DNA from: Polyangiaceae bacterium
GTDB lineage: Bacteria > Myxococcota_A > Polyangia > Polyangiales > Polyangiaceae
Reading direction: 5' to 3'
Length of the DNA stretch: 64,000 bases
NCBI GenBank assembly: GCA_035063585.1
Contig: JAPSGB010000005.1
Span: 1-64,000 of the forward strand
Positions 38,745-49,162 of the stretch are shown piece by piece. A program made the position numbers and the translations under genes. Position 1 is the stretch's first letter. Each line of letters opens with the position of its first letter. The notes under the pieces were generated by a model. The model made no database searches. It was not told the DNA's origin and worked only from the letters and a program-made list of their open reading frames with translations.

Positions 38745-40544
38745 TCAGCGCGGCGCCGCACCCTTGCCGGGTACTCGCGCCGGCTCCGCGCCGCCCGCCA
38801 AGGTCCACCGCCGCTCGTCACCGATGGCGAGCCAGCGGAGCTCGACTCGCTTCCCGTCCGCGCTCGCCACGATGGGCGCCTGCCCTTCCCACCGCTCCGG
38901 GTCGGAGAGCTCGAGCGAGGCGCTCTTGGCGAGCGCCTCGAGCGTGGTGTCGTCCGCGGTGAGCGCGAGGATACCGAGCCCGGCGAACATCGGGACCATG
39001 CCCGCCGGGATGTGGGCTGCGATCACCGCGCGCAGGTTCGGGGCCAAGCGCGCCGCGCGGCGCTCGGCCTGGCGGACGTCGTCAGGCTGCCTCGCGAGCA
39101 GGGCGCTCGGCGCGTGGAGGCCATCGAGCGAGCCGACCATCGCGAGCGCGCCTCCGCGCGTCCAGGGTACCGCCGGTGCCGTGGTCATCGAAGGCGCGCG
39201 CTGGGTGTCCGCTTCGCTCTTCGTCTTCGACTTGCTCTTGCGCATGATGAGGACATCATCGGTCGGGAGCGTGCGCGGCACGGTGATGCGGACGGGGCGC
39301 TTGAAGGCGCGTGGATCGCCGACCTGTCCGGTCGCGACGGCGTAGGCGAGCGTCTCCGCCGAACCGACTACGAATCGCTGATCGCGCGGTAACCCGGGCT
39401 CGGGATCGAAGGTGCGCATGGAGATCCCGCCCGGCGTGGGCGGGTAGAGCTCTCCGGTCACCACGCGATGATCCGGTTCGAGCAGGCGTGCGCCGGTGGC
39501 GACCAGATCCACCAGCGCGCCGGATTGCGCGAGCACCTCGAGCGCTTGCCGGGAGGGGGGCGCCACCAGCAGATCGAGCCGAGGCGGCACCCGCTTGCTC
39601 TTCAAGAGCGCGGCGGCGGCCAGGAGATCGCGCAGCGACGCGCCGGAGTCGCCGCCGAGGATGACCTGCGTCACCGGTTGCCCTGCCAGCTCGCGCACCG
39701 CGCGGACCGCCCCGGCCTCGTCCATGATGAGCGGATCGACCGCGGACAGATCTACGCTGATGACGTCGTCGCAGGGCGCTCCCGGATCCGGCGCGAGGCT
39801 GCGGTGTGCTTTCGAGCGACGCTGGTCGCGCAGGTAGACCTCCGTCTTCTCGTCGCTCGTGAAGACCGCCGCCGAGGCACCGAGCTGAGGCGCGAGCGCC
39901 GACAGGACGGCCCGATCGGCCACCGAGAGCAGCCGCGCGCTCGGACCGGTGAATTCGACGACCACCGGGGTCCCGTGCTCGTGGTCGAGCCGCCGGATGA
40001 GGTCGCCGAGGCCGCGCCGGATGAGCTCGAGCGCGACGTCGCGGACGCACACGAACGGGCGGACTCGCCCCGACAGCAACACCTGAACGCTCCGCGGAGG
40101 ACGGACCAGGACGCTCCCCTGGAGCAGCGCCTCGGCGAGCTGCCCGGGGGGCGTCACCAAGGTCAGCATCCCGATCCCGCCCACCGACGCGAGCCGAGGC
40201 TCGTCGGTCAGCGCGAGTCGGGCCGGGCTGCCGAAGCGCTCGAGGTGCACCGCCGCCGGGAAGCCGATCCCCGGACGCGCGACCAGCACTCCGGTCTGGA
40301 GCGCCTCGCGAGAGACTCGCTCCGGTACCCCCTGTGCGGAGTCGAGCGTCGGCCCGCCGGTGACGCAGCGAGTGTCGTAAGCGACTGCGACCTCGACGGC
40401 GGCCTTCTTGAGGCCTGCGCGCAGGGCTTCGCCGAGCGCACGGGTGGGCTCGTTCGCCAGGATCACCTGGTCGATCTTGACCCGGACGAGATCCCCCTTG
40501 AGCTCCGCGTCGTCAGCGCGGCCAGAGAGGATCTTTTGTGTCAT
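38745..40544 (-). CDS. Aconitase-family protein, predicted catalytically inactive (599 aa)
   Basis: MTQKIL...KIDQ, RPG.G....HLERFG.P, GG.GML, VVEFTGP, DEKT..YL..Q.R, I..DLS...PL, GSAETLA scaffold; ligand and catalytic motifs replaced. Confidence 0.85.
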   Translation of the reverse strand: MTQKILSGRADDAELKGDLVRVKIDQVILANEPTRALGEALRAGLKKAAVEVAVAYDTRCVTGGPTLDSAQGVPERVSREALQTGVLVARPGIGFPAAVHLERFGSPARLALTDEPRLASVGGIGMLTLVTPPGQLAEALLQGSVLVRPPRSVQVLLSGRVRPFVCVRDVALELIRRGLGDLIRRLDHEHGTPVVVEFTGPSARLLSVADRAVLSALAPQLGASAAVFTSDEKTEVYLRDQRRSKAHRSLAPDPGAPCDDVISVDLSAVDPLIMDEAGAVRAVRELAGQPVTQVILGGDSGASLRDLLAAAALLKSKRVPPRLDLLVAPPSRQALEVLAQSGALVDLVATGARLLEPDHRVVTGELYPPTPGGISMRTFDPEPGLPRDQRFVVGSAETLAYAVATGQVGDPRAFKRPVRITVPRTLPTDDVLIMRKSKSKTKSEADTQRAPSMTTAPAVPWTRGGALAMVGSLDGLHAPSALLARQPDDVRQAERRAARLAPNLRAVIAAHIPAGMVPMFAGLGILALTADDTTLEALAKSASLELSDPERWEGQAPIVASADGKRVELRWLAIGDERRWTLAGGAEPARVPGKGAAPR

Positions 40545-40775
40545 TGTGCGGGGCGGGTCCCCCGCTCGCGCACGCATTGGATCTTGGCTACCTGCTGCGG
40601 TTTACGTCCGTGCCCCTCGCGAGCCGCGAAGGTAGTCGCAGGGCAACCGAGCGGTCAAGGTCGCTCGTGCGGATAGATCTCCTTGGACCGCATCTCCCAG
40701 TCCGGCGCGGGCCGCAACCCCCGATGAGCCTCCGCGGGGATCCAGGCCCGATGGCCGGCCGCGAGCCCTCGTATT

Positions 40776-40788
40776 TTCAGGATTTTAA
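40776..40788 (+). promoter_or_regulatory. IHF-like site in a divergent intergenic region
   Basis: tttcag-gatt-tta resembles WATCAR-N4-TTR, in an AT-rich patch flanked by gagccc/gggctc. Confidence 0.35.
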
Positions 40789-40845
40789 GGGAAGGGGCTC
40801 GGGAAACATTCACCTCCATCGGCAAACCGGGTAGGCTGAGCGCAC

Positions 40846-41202
40846 ATGTTCAAGGAGATGCTCCAGCAGGTCGTCGATGGCACCGACGGCGGCATCGCCG
40901 GGCTGCTCATGGACTTCGAGGGCATTCCGGTCGAGAGCTACGCGAAGGACGGCGGCTTCGACATCGAGGCGGTGGGCGCGGAGGTGAGCGTGGTGGTCAA
41001 GGCCATCCAGCGCGCCACCGAGATGCTCGACGCCGGCTCGACGCGGGAGGTGTCCTTCAAGAGCGACAAGATGGTGACGCTCATCCGGGTCTTGAACGAC
41101 AACTACTTCGTGGCCCTCGCGCTCGAGCCGGAGGGTAACTTCGGCAAGGGGCGCTTCATGCTCCGCGTCGCGGCGCCGGAGCTCGTCCAGGAGCTCTCCT
41201 GA
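40846..41202 (+). CDS. mglC: Roadblock/LC7 polarity protein, MglC-like
   Basis: M.FEGI and YF..LAL...GNFGKGR..LRV.AP match my recollection of M. xanthus MglC; same position upstream of accB-accC. Confidence 0.8.
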   Translation: MFKEMLQQVVDGTDGGIAGLLMDFEGIPVESYAKDGGFDIEAVGAEVSVVVKAIQRATEMLDAGSTREVSFKSDKMVTLIRVLNDNYFVALALEPEGNFGKGRFMLRVAAPELVQELS

Positions 41203-41206
41203 GAGC

Positions 41207-41728
41207 GTGAGCGCTGCGCCCGGGACAGCGGGGCGGCGTTCCGCCAGGGCGACGCCGGCCAGGTCGTCGCCTCGCTCGGCGCGCGTGCTCGTCTTGAGCG
41301 GACCTAGCCTCGATCGCCTCGGCCGTCGTGAGCCGGCCATCTACGGAAGGACGACGCTCGACGCGATACACGCCGAGCTCGCCGAGCTCGGCGCGAGCCT
41401 CGGCGTCGAGGTCGCCTGTCACCAGAGCAACCACGAGGGGGCGCTCATCGACTGGATCGGCGCTGCGGCGGATGAGGGCTTCGACGGGATCCTGCTCAAC
41501 CCAGGCGCCTACACCCATACCTCCTACGCCCTCTACGACGCGCTCCGCGGCGCCGGGCTCCCGGCCATCGAGGTGCACCTGTCGAATCCCGACGCGCGCG
41601 AGGGATTCAGACGACGCTCGCGCGTCGCTCCCGCGTGCCTCGGGCGTATCGCCGGGTTCGGCGCGGCGTCTTATGCGCTCGCGCTCCGCGGGCTCGTCGA
41701 GCACCTCCGAGCGTCGCGGTCGACGTGA
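41207..41728 (+). CDS. aroQ: Type II 3-dehydroquinate dehydratase
   Basis: LGRREPAIYG, QSNHEG, NPGAYTHTS, EVHLSN..RE.FR. Confidence 0.95.
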   Translation: MSAAPGTAGRRSARATPARSSPRSARVLVLSGPSLDRLGRREPAIYGRTTLDAIHAELAELGASLGVEVACHQSNHEGALIDWIGAAADEGFDGILLNPGAYTHTSYALYDALRGAGLPAIEVHLSNPDAREGFRRRSRVAPACLGRIAGFGAASYALALRGLVEHLRASRST

Positions 41729-41831
41729 CGCGCTGCGCCGCGAGCGCGAACTCGAGTTCGCGCTGGTTGGCGGTTGTTCGAGCGCGGGTGAGCGAGTACG
41801 GTCGCGCGGCTCCGCACGGTACGAGGACGAC

Positions 41832-42302
41832 ATGGATATCCCGCTAGAAGAGCTCAAGGGGTTGCTCGCGACGCTGGAAGAGGGCGGCGTCGAGGAGTTC
41901 GAGTTCGAAGACGAAAAGCATCGCGTCCGCGTCGCGTTCCGTCGCGGTGCCGGCGTCCCCGCCGGCGCCCCGTTCGTCATGGCGACGGCGCCAGCGACGC
42001 CGAGCATGGTCCCCTCGGTCGCGCCGCCGGCCGCGCCGCCCCGGCAGGAAGACGACGCCAACGTGGTGTACGTGACCTCCCCGTTCGTCGGGACCTTCTA
42101 TCGAGCGTCCGCGCCCGAGGCCGAGCCGTTCGTGCAGGTCGGCGCGTCGGTCGCGGTAGGGCAGGTGCTCTGCATCGTCGAGGCGATGAAGCTCATGAAC
42201 GAGATCGAGGCCGAGCAGTCGGGGACGCTCCTCGAGATCCTGGCGGCCAACGGCGACAGCGTCGAGTTTGGGCAGCGGCTGTTCAAGATGCGGAAGGGCT
42301 GA
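41832..42302 (+). CDS. accB: Biotin carboxyl carrier protein
   Basis: SPFVGTFY, EAMKLMNEI biotinylation motif; GAGGA RBS. Confidence 0.96.
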   Translation: MDIPLEELKGLLATLEEGGVEEFEFEDEKHRVRVAFRRGAGVPAGAPFVMATAPATPSMVPSVAPPAAPPRQEDDANVVYVTSPFVGTFYRASAPEAEPFVQVGASVAVGQVLCIVEAMKLMNEIEAEQSGTLLEILAANGDSVEFGQRLFKMRKG

Positions 42303-42318
42303 GCCTCTCGCGGCCGCC

Positions 42319-43686
42319 ATGTTCAAGAAGATCCTGATTGCCAACCGCGGCGAGATCGCGATGCGCGTCATCCGCGCGTGCCGCGAGCTCGGCATCGCCA
42401 CGGTTGCGGTACACTCGCAAGCGGACGACGGCGCGCTCCACGTGCGGTTCGCTGACGAGGCGGTGTGCATCGGCCCCGCCGCAGCGAAGCAGAGCTACCT
42501 CAACATCCCGGCCATCATCAGCGCGGCCGAGATCAGCGGCGCGGACGCGATCCACCCGGGTTACGGCTTCTTGAGCGAGAACGCCGAGTTCGCGGAGATC
42601 GTCGAGCGCTGCGGGCTCACCTTCATCGGGCCGAAGGCGCGCGCCATGCGCGCCTGGGGGGACAAGCTCCTCGCCCGCGAGAACGCGATCCGCTACGGGC
42701 TGCCGCTCTTGACCGGCTCAGAGGCGCTCACCAGCGTCGCGCACGCGGAGCGCGAGGCGCTCCGCGTCGGCCTGCCCGTGATGCTCAAGGCGCGCGGCGG
42801 CGGCGGCGGGCGCGGCATGCGCGTGATCCGCGAGGTCGGCGAGGTCGGGCGCGCCTTCGAGTCGGCGACTGCCGAGGCGATGAACAGCTTCAACAACCCC
42901 GAGCTCTACCTCGAGCGGTTCGTGGAGCGGCCCAGGCACATCGAATTTCAGGCGCTCGCAGACGAGCATGGGCAAGTGTGGACGCTCGGTGAGCGCGAGT
43001 GCTCGCTACAGCGCCGGCACCAGAAGCTCGTGGAGGAGTCACCGAGCCCGATGATGACCGAGGAGCTTCGCTCGAAGATGGGCGAGCTCATTCGGCGCGC
43101 GATCACCGAGAGCGGATACTCCTCGCTCGGTACGCTCGAGTTCCTGATGGACGAGCGCGGGGAGCTCTACTTCCTCGAGATGAACACCCGCGTGCAGGTC
43201 GAGCACCCGGTCACCGAGATGGTGACCGGCGTGGATCTGGTCGAGGAACAAATCCGGGTGGCCGCCGGTGAGAAGCTCCCGCTCCCCGACACTCGCCCGT
43301 GGCGGTTTCGCGGGCACGCCATCGAGTGTCGGGTGATGGCCGAGGATCCGGACAGCTTCGTGCCCTGGCCCGGGCTCATCACCGAGTATCACCCGCCGGG
43401 GGGCGCAGGCGTCCGGGTGGATTCGGGGGTGTTCGGGGGCTGGAAGGTACCTTCCGTATACGACTCGCTGCTCGCCAAGGTCATCGTGCATGCGCCCACT
43501 CGCGCCGAGGCGCTGGTGCGCATGCGCCGCGCGCTCGATGAATTCATCATCGGCGGCATTCGCACCAACCTGCCGTTCCAGAAGCGCCTGATGAACGATC
43601 GGGAGATGATCGACGGCACCATGACCACCCGCACCGTCGAGCGCGTGGTCCGCGACGCGCAAGCCGCGCGTCCGCCGCGCAGTTGA
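42319..43686 (+). CDS. accC: Biotin carboxylase
   Basis: KILIANRGEIA, HPGYGFLSEN, GGGGRGMR, RECSLQRRHQK, EMNTRVQVEH. Confidence 0.97.
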   Translation: MFKKILIANRGEIAMRVIRACRELGIATVAVHSQADDGALHVRFADEAVCIGPAAAKQSYLNIPAIISAAEISGADAIHPGYGFLSENAEFAEIVERCGLTFIGPKARAMRAWGDKLLARENAIRYGLPLLTGSEALTSVAHAEREALRVGLPVMLKARGGGGGRGMRVIREVGEVGRAFESATAEAMNSFNNPELYLERFVERPRHIEFQALADEHGQVWTLGERECSLQRRHQKLVEESPSPMMTEELRSKMGELIRRAITESGYSSLGTLEFLMDERGELYFLEMNTRVQVEHPVTEMVTGVDLVEEQIRVAAGEKLPLPDTRPWRFRGHAIECRVMAEDPDSFVPWPGLITEYHPPGGAGVRVDSGVFGGWKVPSVYDSLLAKVIVHAPTRAEALVRMRRALDEFIIGGIRTNLPFQKRLMNDREMIDGTMTTRTVERVVRDAQAARPPRS

Positions 43687-43717
43687 CGTCGTCGGACAAC
43701 GGAACGAACGTCGAGCC

Positions 43718-44716
43718 GTGGACGAGCTCGCGCGCAAGGTCTTGACGGGATCGGTGCGCGCCGCCGCGCGCGCTTGCCGGATGGTCGACGAGGAATCGGC
43801 GGGGCACCGCGAGCTCCTGCGGGCGCTCTATCCGCGTACGGGCAGGGCCTGGCTCATCGGCGTCACCGGTAACCCGGGCGCCGGCAAGAGCACGCTGGTC
43901 GACCGCCTCGTCCAGCACGCGCGCGCGCGCGGGAAGCGGGTCGGAGTGGTGGCCGTGGATCCCACCAGCCCCTTCTCCGGCGGCGCGATCCTCGGCGATC
44001 GCATCCGGATGCAGCAGCATTTCGAGGATCCCGAGGTGTTCATCCGCTCGGTCGCGACCCGCGGCGCCCTCGGAGGGCTCAGCCGCTCCACGCTCGACGT
44101 CGCGCGGGTGCTCGACGCGTGGGGAGCCGAGCTCGTCGTCATCGAGACGGTCGGCGTAGGGCAAGACGAGCTCGAGGTGACCCGCGCCGCGCACACCACG
44201 CTCATCGTCATGGCGCCCGGGCTCGGTGACGAGATCCAGGCCATCAAGGCCGGCATCCTCGAGTGCGCGGACGTGTTCGCGGTCAACAAGGCCGATCGCG
44301 ACGGCGCCGACGCCACGGTGCGCGACTTGGAACTCATGATCGCGCTCAGCCAGGAGCCGCGTGCTCGCGGGCGGGGGCACACCGCGGCCAGCGTGCGGGT
44401 CGAGCCCGCGAGGGACGGTGACGGCTGGACGCCCGAGATCGTGAAGTGCGTCGCCACGCGTGATCAGGGCATCAGCGAGCTCTTCGAGAAGCTCGAGACG
44501 CATCGCGCATGGCTCGAGGAGACCGACGCCGGGCGCGCCCGCCGCGCTGCGCGCACCCGTGAGCTCTTCGTAACCATGCTCCGCGACGCGCTCGCGCGCG
44601 AGGCGGTGGCCACGCTCGCCAGCGCGATCGACGACGCGGTGGCGCGCATCGAGGAGCGCGCCGCGGATCCCTACACCGCAGTGGACGAGCTCGTCGCCAG
44701 CTTCCACGCGCGCTGA
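43718..44716 (+). CDS. meaB: Second MeaB/ArgK-family GTPase
   Basis: GNPGAGKST, AVDPTSPFSGGAILGDRIRM, ETVGVGQDE, GDEIQAIKAG. Confidence 0.93.
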   Translation: MDELARKVLTGSVRAAARACRMVDEESAGHRELLRALYPRTGRAWLIGVTGNPGAGKSTLVDRLVQHARARGKRVGVVAVDPTSPFSGGAILGDRIRMQQHFEDPEVFIRSVATRGALGGLSRSTLDVARVLDAWGAELVVIETVGVGQDELEVTRAAHTTLIVMAPGLGDEIQAIKAGILECADVFAVNKADRDGADATVRDLELMIALSQEPRARGRGHTAASVRVEPARDGDGWTPEIVKCVATRDQGISELFEKLETHRAWLEETDAGRARRAARTRELFVTMLRDALAREAVATLASAIDDAVARIEERAADPYTAVDELVASFHAR

Positions 44717-44722
44717 GGCGCG

Positions 44723-46630
44723 CTAGAGGTCGAGCTCTTCGGCCTCATCCGCGCGGTTCATGATGAAGTGGAAGCGCGCGGAGGGGTCCTTGCCCATGAG
44801 CTCGCTCACCACGCGATCGGTCTCGAGGGCGTCGGAGATCTGCACCTTGATGAGGTGGCGGGTCTCCGGGTTCAGCGTGGTATCCCAGAGCACCTTCGGC
44901 ATCATCTCGCCAAGGCCCTTGAAGCGCGTGATCTCAGGCTTTGTGTTCCCCTTGCGGTGCTTCGCCAGGATGCGCTCTCGGTCGGCGTCGTCCGCCGCCC
45001 AGAAGGTCTCCTTGCCGAGGTCTATGCGATAGAGCGGCGGCATCGCCACGTACACGCGGCCCTGGCGGATGAGCTCGGGCAGGTGGCGGTAGAAGAACGT
45101 GAGTAGGAGCGTGGTGATGTGGTTGCCGTCGCTGTCGGCGTCGGCGAGCAGGATCACGCGGTGGTAGCGGAGCCGCTCGAGATTGAAGTCCTTCCCGATC
45201 CCGCAGCCGAGTGCGACGACCAGATCCGCGAGCTCCTTGTTCTCGAGCACCTTGGGCAGCGGGACCGACTCGGTGTTCAGCACCTTGCCGCGGAGCGGGA
45301 GGATGGCCTGATAGTGCCGGTCCCGGCCCTGCTTCGCCGAACCGCCGGCGGACTCACCCTCGACGATGAAGAGCTCGCTCTGGTCACGCTGGCTGTCGGT
45401 GCAGTCGCTGAGCTTGCCCGGGAGGGTGAGCCTGCCGCTGGTCGCCGTCTTTCGCGAGATGGAGGCCGAGGCGGCGCGTGAGGCCTCGCGCGCGCGGGCG
45501 GCGAGGATGATACGCGCGACGATCTGCTCGGCCGTCGAACGGTTCTGGTTCAGCCACTGCTCGAGTGCGGGGCGCACCGCGCCGTCGACCGCGCTCTGGA
45601 CCTCGGGGTTGTTCAGCCGGTCCTTGGTCTGCCCTTGGAACTGCGGCTCCGAGATGAACACGCTGAGCACGCCGACCATCCCCTCGCGGATGTCCTCCGC
45701 GGTGAGCGTGACGCCGCGCGGCGCCAGGTTGTGAGTGTCGACGAAGTTACGCACCGCGCGAACGATCCCGGCGCGGAGCCCATTCTCGTGCGTCCCGCCG
45801 CTGCCGGTCGGGATGCCGTTCACGTAGCTCCGGAGGTGCTCGTCGGTCGACTCCGTCCACTCGAGGACCGCCTCGAGTCGCATCCCGTTGTCCTTGCTGA
45901 GCGAAAAGGCGCTGTCGTGGGTCGGCCGCGCGCCGCGCTCCTTCAGGATCTTCGCCAGGTAGTCGCTGATCCCCTCGACGTGGCGGTACTCGGTGCGCTC
46001 CTTCTTGGCCTCGTCGACAAAGACGATCTTGAGGCCCCGGTGCAGGTAGCTCGTCACCTCGAGGCGTTCGCGAAGGAGCGCCGCGTCGAGCTCGGTCTTC
46101 GGGAAGATGGTGGGATCGGGGCGGAAGAACACGGAAGTTCCGGTCCCCCGCGCCGCGCCGAGCTTCTTCAGTTTGCCGAGCGGGCGGCCGGCAGAGAACT
46201 CCATCTGCCACGACGAGCCACCGCTCTTCACCGTCGCGACGAGCTTCGAGGAGAGGGCGTTCGTCACCGACGCGCCGACGCCGTGCAGGCCGCCGGAGGT
46301 CTTGTAGAGAGACCCCTCGAATTTCCCTCCCGCGTGGAGCGTGGTGAAGATGATCTCGAGCGCGCTCTTCTTGTGCTTCGGGTGGATGTCGACCGGGATG
46401 CCGCGCCCGTTGTCGGTCACAGTGACGCTCCGCCCGTCGGCGTGGAGCGTCACGTCGATCTCGGTCGCGTAGCCGTTCATGGCTTCGTCGACCGAGTTGT
46501 CGAGGATCTCCCAGACCAGGTGGTGGAGCCCGGTGACCCCGACCCCGCCGATATACATGCCGGGGCGCTTCCTCACCGGCTCGAGCCCCTCGAGCACGGT
46601 GATGTCTTGGGACGTGTAGCCGGTGGTCAT
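44723..46630 (-). CDS. parE: Type IIA topoisomerase B subunit, probable topo IV ParE
   Basis: [51 protein letters not shown]; coupled to the A subunit that lacks a GyrA box. Confidence 0.85.
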   Translation of the reverse strand: MTTGYTSQDITVLEGLEPVRKRPGMYIGGVGVTGLHHLVWEILDNSVDEAMNGYATEIDVTLHADGRSVTVTDNGRGIPVDIHPKHKKSALEIIFTTLHAGGKFEGSLYKTSGGLHGVGASVTNALSSKLVATVKSGGSSWQMEFSAGRPLGKLKKLGAARGTGTSVFFRPDPTIFPKTELDAALLRERLEVTSYLHRGLKIVFVDEAKKERTEYRHVEGISDYLAKILKERGARPTHDSAFSLSKDNGMRLEAVLEWTESTDEHLRSYVNGIPTGSGGTHENGLRAGIVRAVRNFVDTHNLAPRGVTLTAEDIREGMVGVLSVFISEPQFQGQTKDRLNNPEVQSAVDGAVRPALEQWLNQNRSTAEQIVARIILAARAREASRAASASISRKTATSGRLTLPGKLSDCTDSQRDQSELFIVEGESAGGSAKQGRDRHYQAILPLRGKVLNTESVPLPKVLENKELADLVVALGCGIGKDFNLERLRYHRVILLADADSDGNHITTLLLTFFYRHLPELIRQGRVYVAMPPLYRIDLGKETFWAADDADRERILAKHRKGNTKPEITRFKGLGEMMPKVLWDTTLNPETRHLIKVQISDALETDRVVSELMGKDPSARFHFIMNRADEAEELDL

Positions 46631-49026
46631 GCCGGGGTCTCCTCCAGGCTGGGCGGCGCGGCCGGCGGCTCGAGGACGATCTCCACCAGCTTCCCACGCT
46701 GCATGATCTCGCGGCCGCGCCCGCCGCGCCCGCTCGTCTCATAGATGGCGGTGTTGATGCGCTTGTCGCCGCCGAGACTCGAGCGCACGATGAGGGTGTC
46801 GCGCTCGCTCGCGGCCACCTTGATGCCGAGGAGCTCGTCACCCGCAGCGAGCTTCAGGAGGAGCACGCCCTTGCCCGGGCCGGAGAGGTAGCTCACCTCT
46901 TCGACGGGGGTCAGGAGCGCGCGCCGCTCCTTCGAGGCGGCGATGAGCGTCTCGTCGCCGTGTATGCGCTCGACGCCCACCATCACCGCGCCCTTGCTCG
47001 GGCGCGCGTAGCGCCTGCCGCTCTTGGTGCTGGGCTCGAGGAAGGCGCCGAGGCCGAAGGCGAGCGCGTAGCCGTCGCTGCTCGCCGCGACCAGATAGCT
47101 CTCGGGGAAGTACCCTTCCTTCTCGGTGAGATCGCCGACCACGCGCGGATCGAGCGAGACGGCGGTGAGGATCCGCTCGCCGTCCTTCAGTTTGAAGAGC
47201 TTCTGGATCGGCTCGCCGTAGCCGGTGGTCGCCGGGATGTCGATGATGCGGCAGGTGTAGGCGGTGCCGAAGCTCGAGAAGAAGGCGACGGTCGCCCGGG
47301 TCGAGCCGGCGACCACCGAGAGCACCTGATCGCCGTCGCGGAGCCGCGTCGTCGAGGGGTCCTTGATCTCCTTCTGGCGCTTGACCCAGCCGTCGCGCGT
47401 CAAGAGGACGTGGTTGTCCTCGGCGACGATGAGCTCCTCGGCGCTGAACTCGGGCTCGTCTTCCACCGACTCGATGACCGTGCGGCGCTTGCCCGCGGCC
47501 CCTGCGCTCTTCACGAGCTCGTCGAGCTCGCTTCGCACGATCGCCCAGCGCCCCCGCCCCTCGGACTCGCCGAGCAGCTTGCGGATCTCCTTCGCGCGTT
47601 TCTGCTTCGCCTTGAGCTCCTCCTGGATGACCAGGATCTCGAGGCGCGCGAGGCGGTACAGGCGAAGCTCGAGGATGGCGTCGGTCTGCTCGGCGTCGAG
47701 CGCGTACTTCGCCATGATCTTCTTCGCGGCGTCAGCCTTGCCCTCGCTCGCGCGGATGAGCTTCAAGATGGCGTCGAGCGCGTCGAAGATGGTGACGAAA
47801 CCCTCGAGGATGTGCATCCTCCGTTCGAGCGCTCCGAGCTCGTGCTGCAGGCGGCGCGTCACCACCTCCAGTCGGAAACGGAGGAAGTGCCAGAGGATCG
47901 AGCGCAGATCGAGCCGCTCCGGGCGCCCCACCTCGGGGTTCTCGGTCGGCACCAGGCACACGAGGTTCACCGCGACGTTCGACTGGAGCGGGGTCTGCTT
48001 GTAGAGATAGGCGAGCACCTTGTGTTCGTCGGCGTCGCGCTTGAGCTCGAGCTCGATGCGGACGTCGTCGGTCGAGACATCGCGAACGTCGAGCAGGAGC
48101 GGCATCTTGCGGCTGGTCACCACCTCGGCGATCCGCTCGACCAGGGTCGATTTGTTCACGGCGTAAGGGATGCTCGTGATGATGATCTGCTTGCTCGTGC
48201 GGCCCTCGGGGCCCTTCTCCCAGGTACCACGCACCTTGATCGAGCCCTGGCCCGTCTCGTAGAGCTGCTTCAGCTCCTCCGCGCTCGACACGATCTGCCC
48301 GCCGGTTGGAAAATCGGGGCCCTTGATGGTGCGACAGAGCTCGCGGCTGCTGAGCTCCTTTCCCTCGGTGAGTGCGTCGAGCAGGCGGATGGCCGCGCTC
48401 GTCACCTCTTCGGGGTTGTGGGGCGGGATACTGGTGGCCATCCCTACCGCGATGCCGGAGGCGCCGTTCACGAGCAGGTTCGGCAGCCGGGCAGGCAGGA
48501 CGACCGGCTCGGTCTTGGTGCCGTCGTAGCTCGGGCGGAAGGGCACCGTGTCCGCGTCGAGCTCGGCGAGCATCGGCTCGGCGGCTCGCGCGAGCCGGCA
48601 CTCGGTGTAGCGGTAGGCGGCGGCCGGATCGCCATCGAGCGAGCCGAAATTGCCCGAGCCATCGACCAAGGGGACGCGCAGCGAGAAGGACTGCGCCATG
48701 CGGACCAGCGCGTCGTAGATGGCCGCGTCGCCGTGCGGGTGATAGTTGCCCATCACGTCGCCGACCACCTTGGCGCACTTGCGAAACTTGGCGTCCGGGC
48801 CGATGTTGCCCTGCCACATCGTGTAGAGGATGCGGCGCTGCACCGGCTTCAGGCCGTCGCGCACGTCGGGGAGGGCGCGGCTGGTGATGACCGACAGCGC
48901 GTAGTTGAGGTAGCGGCTCTCGGCGATCGCGTGGAGCGGCGCCGCCTCCTCGTTCCGCGACGGCTCGTGCCCCGAGCCGTCGCCCTTGCGGCCCGCGCCG
49001 CCCTTCGATTTTCGAACCTTGGCCAA
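46627..49026 (-). CDS. parC: Type IIA topoisomerase A subunit, probable topo IV ParC
   Basis: [29 protein letters not shown]; no Q.RGGKG at the CTD start; TTG start with GAGGAG RBS. Confidence 0.85.
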   Translation of the reverse strand: MAKVRKSKGGAGRKGDGSGHEPSRNEEAAPLHAIAESRYLNYALSVITSRALPDVRDGLKPVQRRILYTMWQGNIGPDAKFRKCAKVVGDVMGNYHPHGDAAIYDALVRMAQSFSLRVPLVDGSGNFGSLDGDPAAAYRYTECRLARAAEPMLAELDADTVPFRPSYDGTKTEPVVLPARLPNLLVNGASGIAVGMATSIPPHNPEEVTSAAIRLLDALTEGKELSSRELCRTIKGPDFPTGGQIVSSAEELKQLYETGQGSIKVRGTWEKGPEGRTSKQIIITSIPYAVNKSTLVERIAEVVTSRKMPLLLDVRDVSTDDVRIELELKRDADEHKVLAYLYKQTPLQSNVAVNLVCLVPTENPEVGRPERLDLRSILWHFLRFRLEVVTRRLQHELGALERRMHILEGFVTIFDALDAILKLIRASEGKADAAKKIMAKYALDAEQTDAILELRLYRLARLEILVIQEELKAKQKRAKEIRKLLGESEGRGRWAIVRSELDELVKSAGAAGKRRTVIESVEDEPEFSAEELIVAEDNHVLLTRDGWVKRQKEIKDPSTTRLRDGDQVLSVVAGSTRATVAFFSSFGTAYTCRIIDIPATTGYGEPIQKLFKLKDGERILTAVSLDPRVVGDLTEKEGYFPESYLVAASSDGYALAFGLGAFLEPSTKSGRRYARPSKGAVMVGVERIHGDETLIAASKERRALLTPVEEVSYLSGPGKGVLLLKLAAGDELLGIKVAASERDTLIVRSSLGGDKRINTAIYETSGRGGRGREIMQRGKLVEIVLEPPAAPPSLEETPA

Positions 49027-49162
49027 TCGCTCTCCTCGACGCGCGCGGAAGGGGCCGCGCGGGAGGCTTCGCTAGCGTCTTTTCCCGAAAATGGCCAGTA
49101 AGTGTCGGGTCTTCGCCGCGCCTGCGCTGCGCCGCCGGCCGCGCCGGACCGGCCTCGGGCCT

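Noticed and set aside
40820..40835. c-di-GMP-I riboswitch (ggcaaacc)
   Set aside because: Only the short seed is present; the GNRA loop and second stem are missing and the start codon is too close
41285..41345. AroQ as an inactive enzyme (GPSLD in place of GPNLN)
   Set aside because: The lid Arg/Tyr, NPGA Asn and EVHLSN His are retained; likely an ordinary variant
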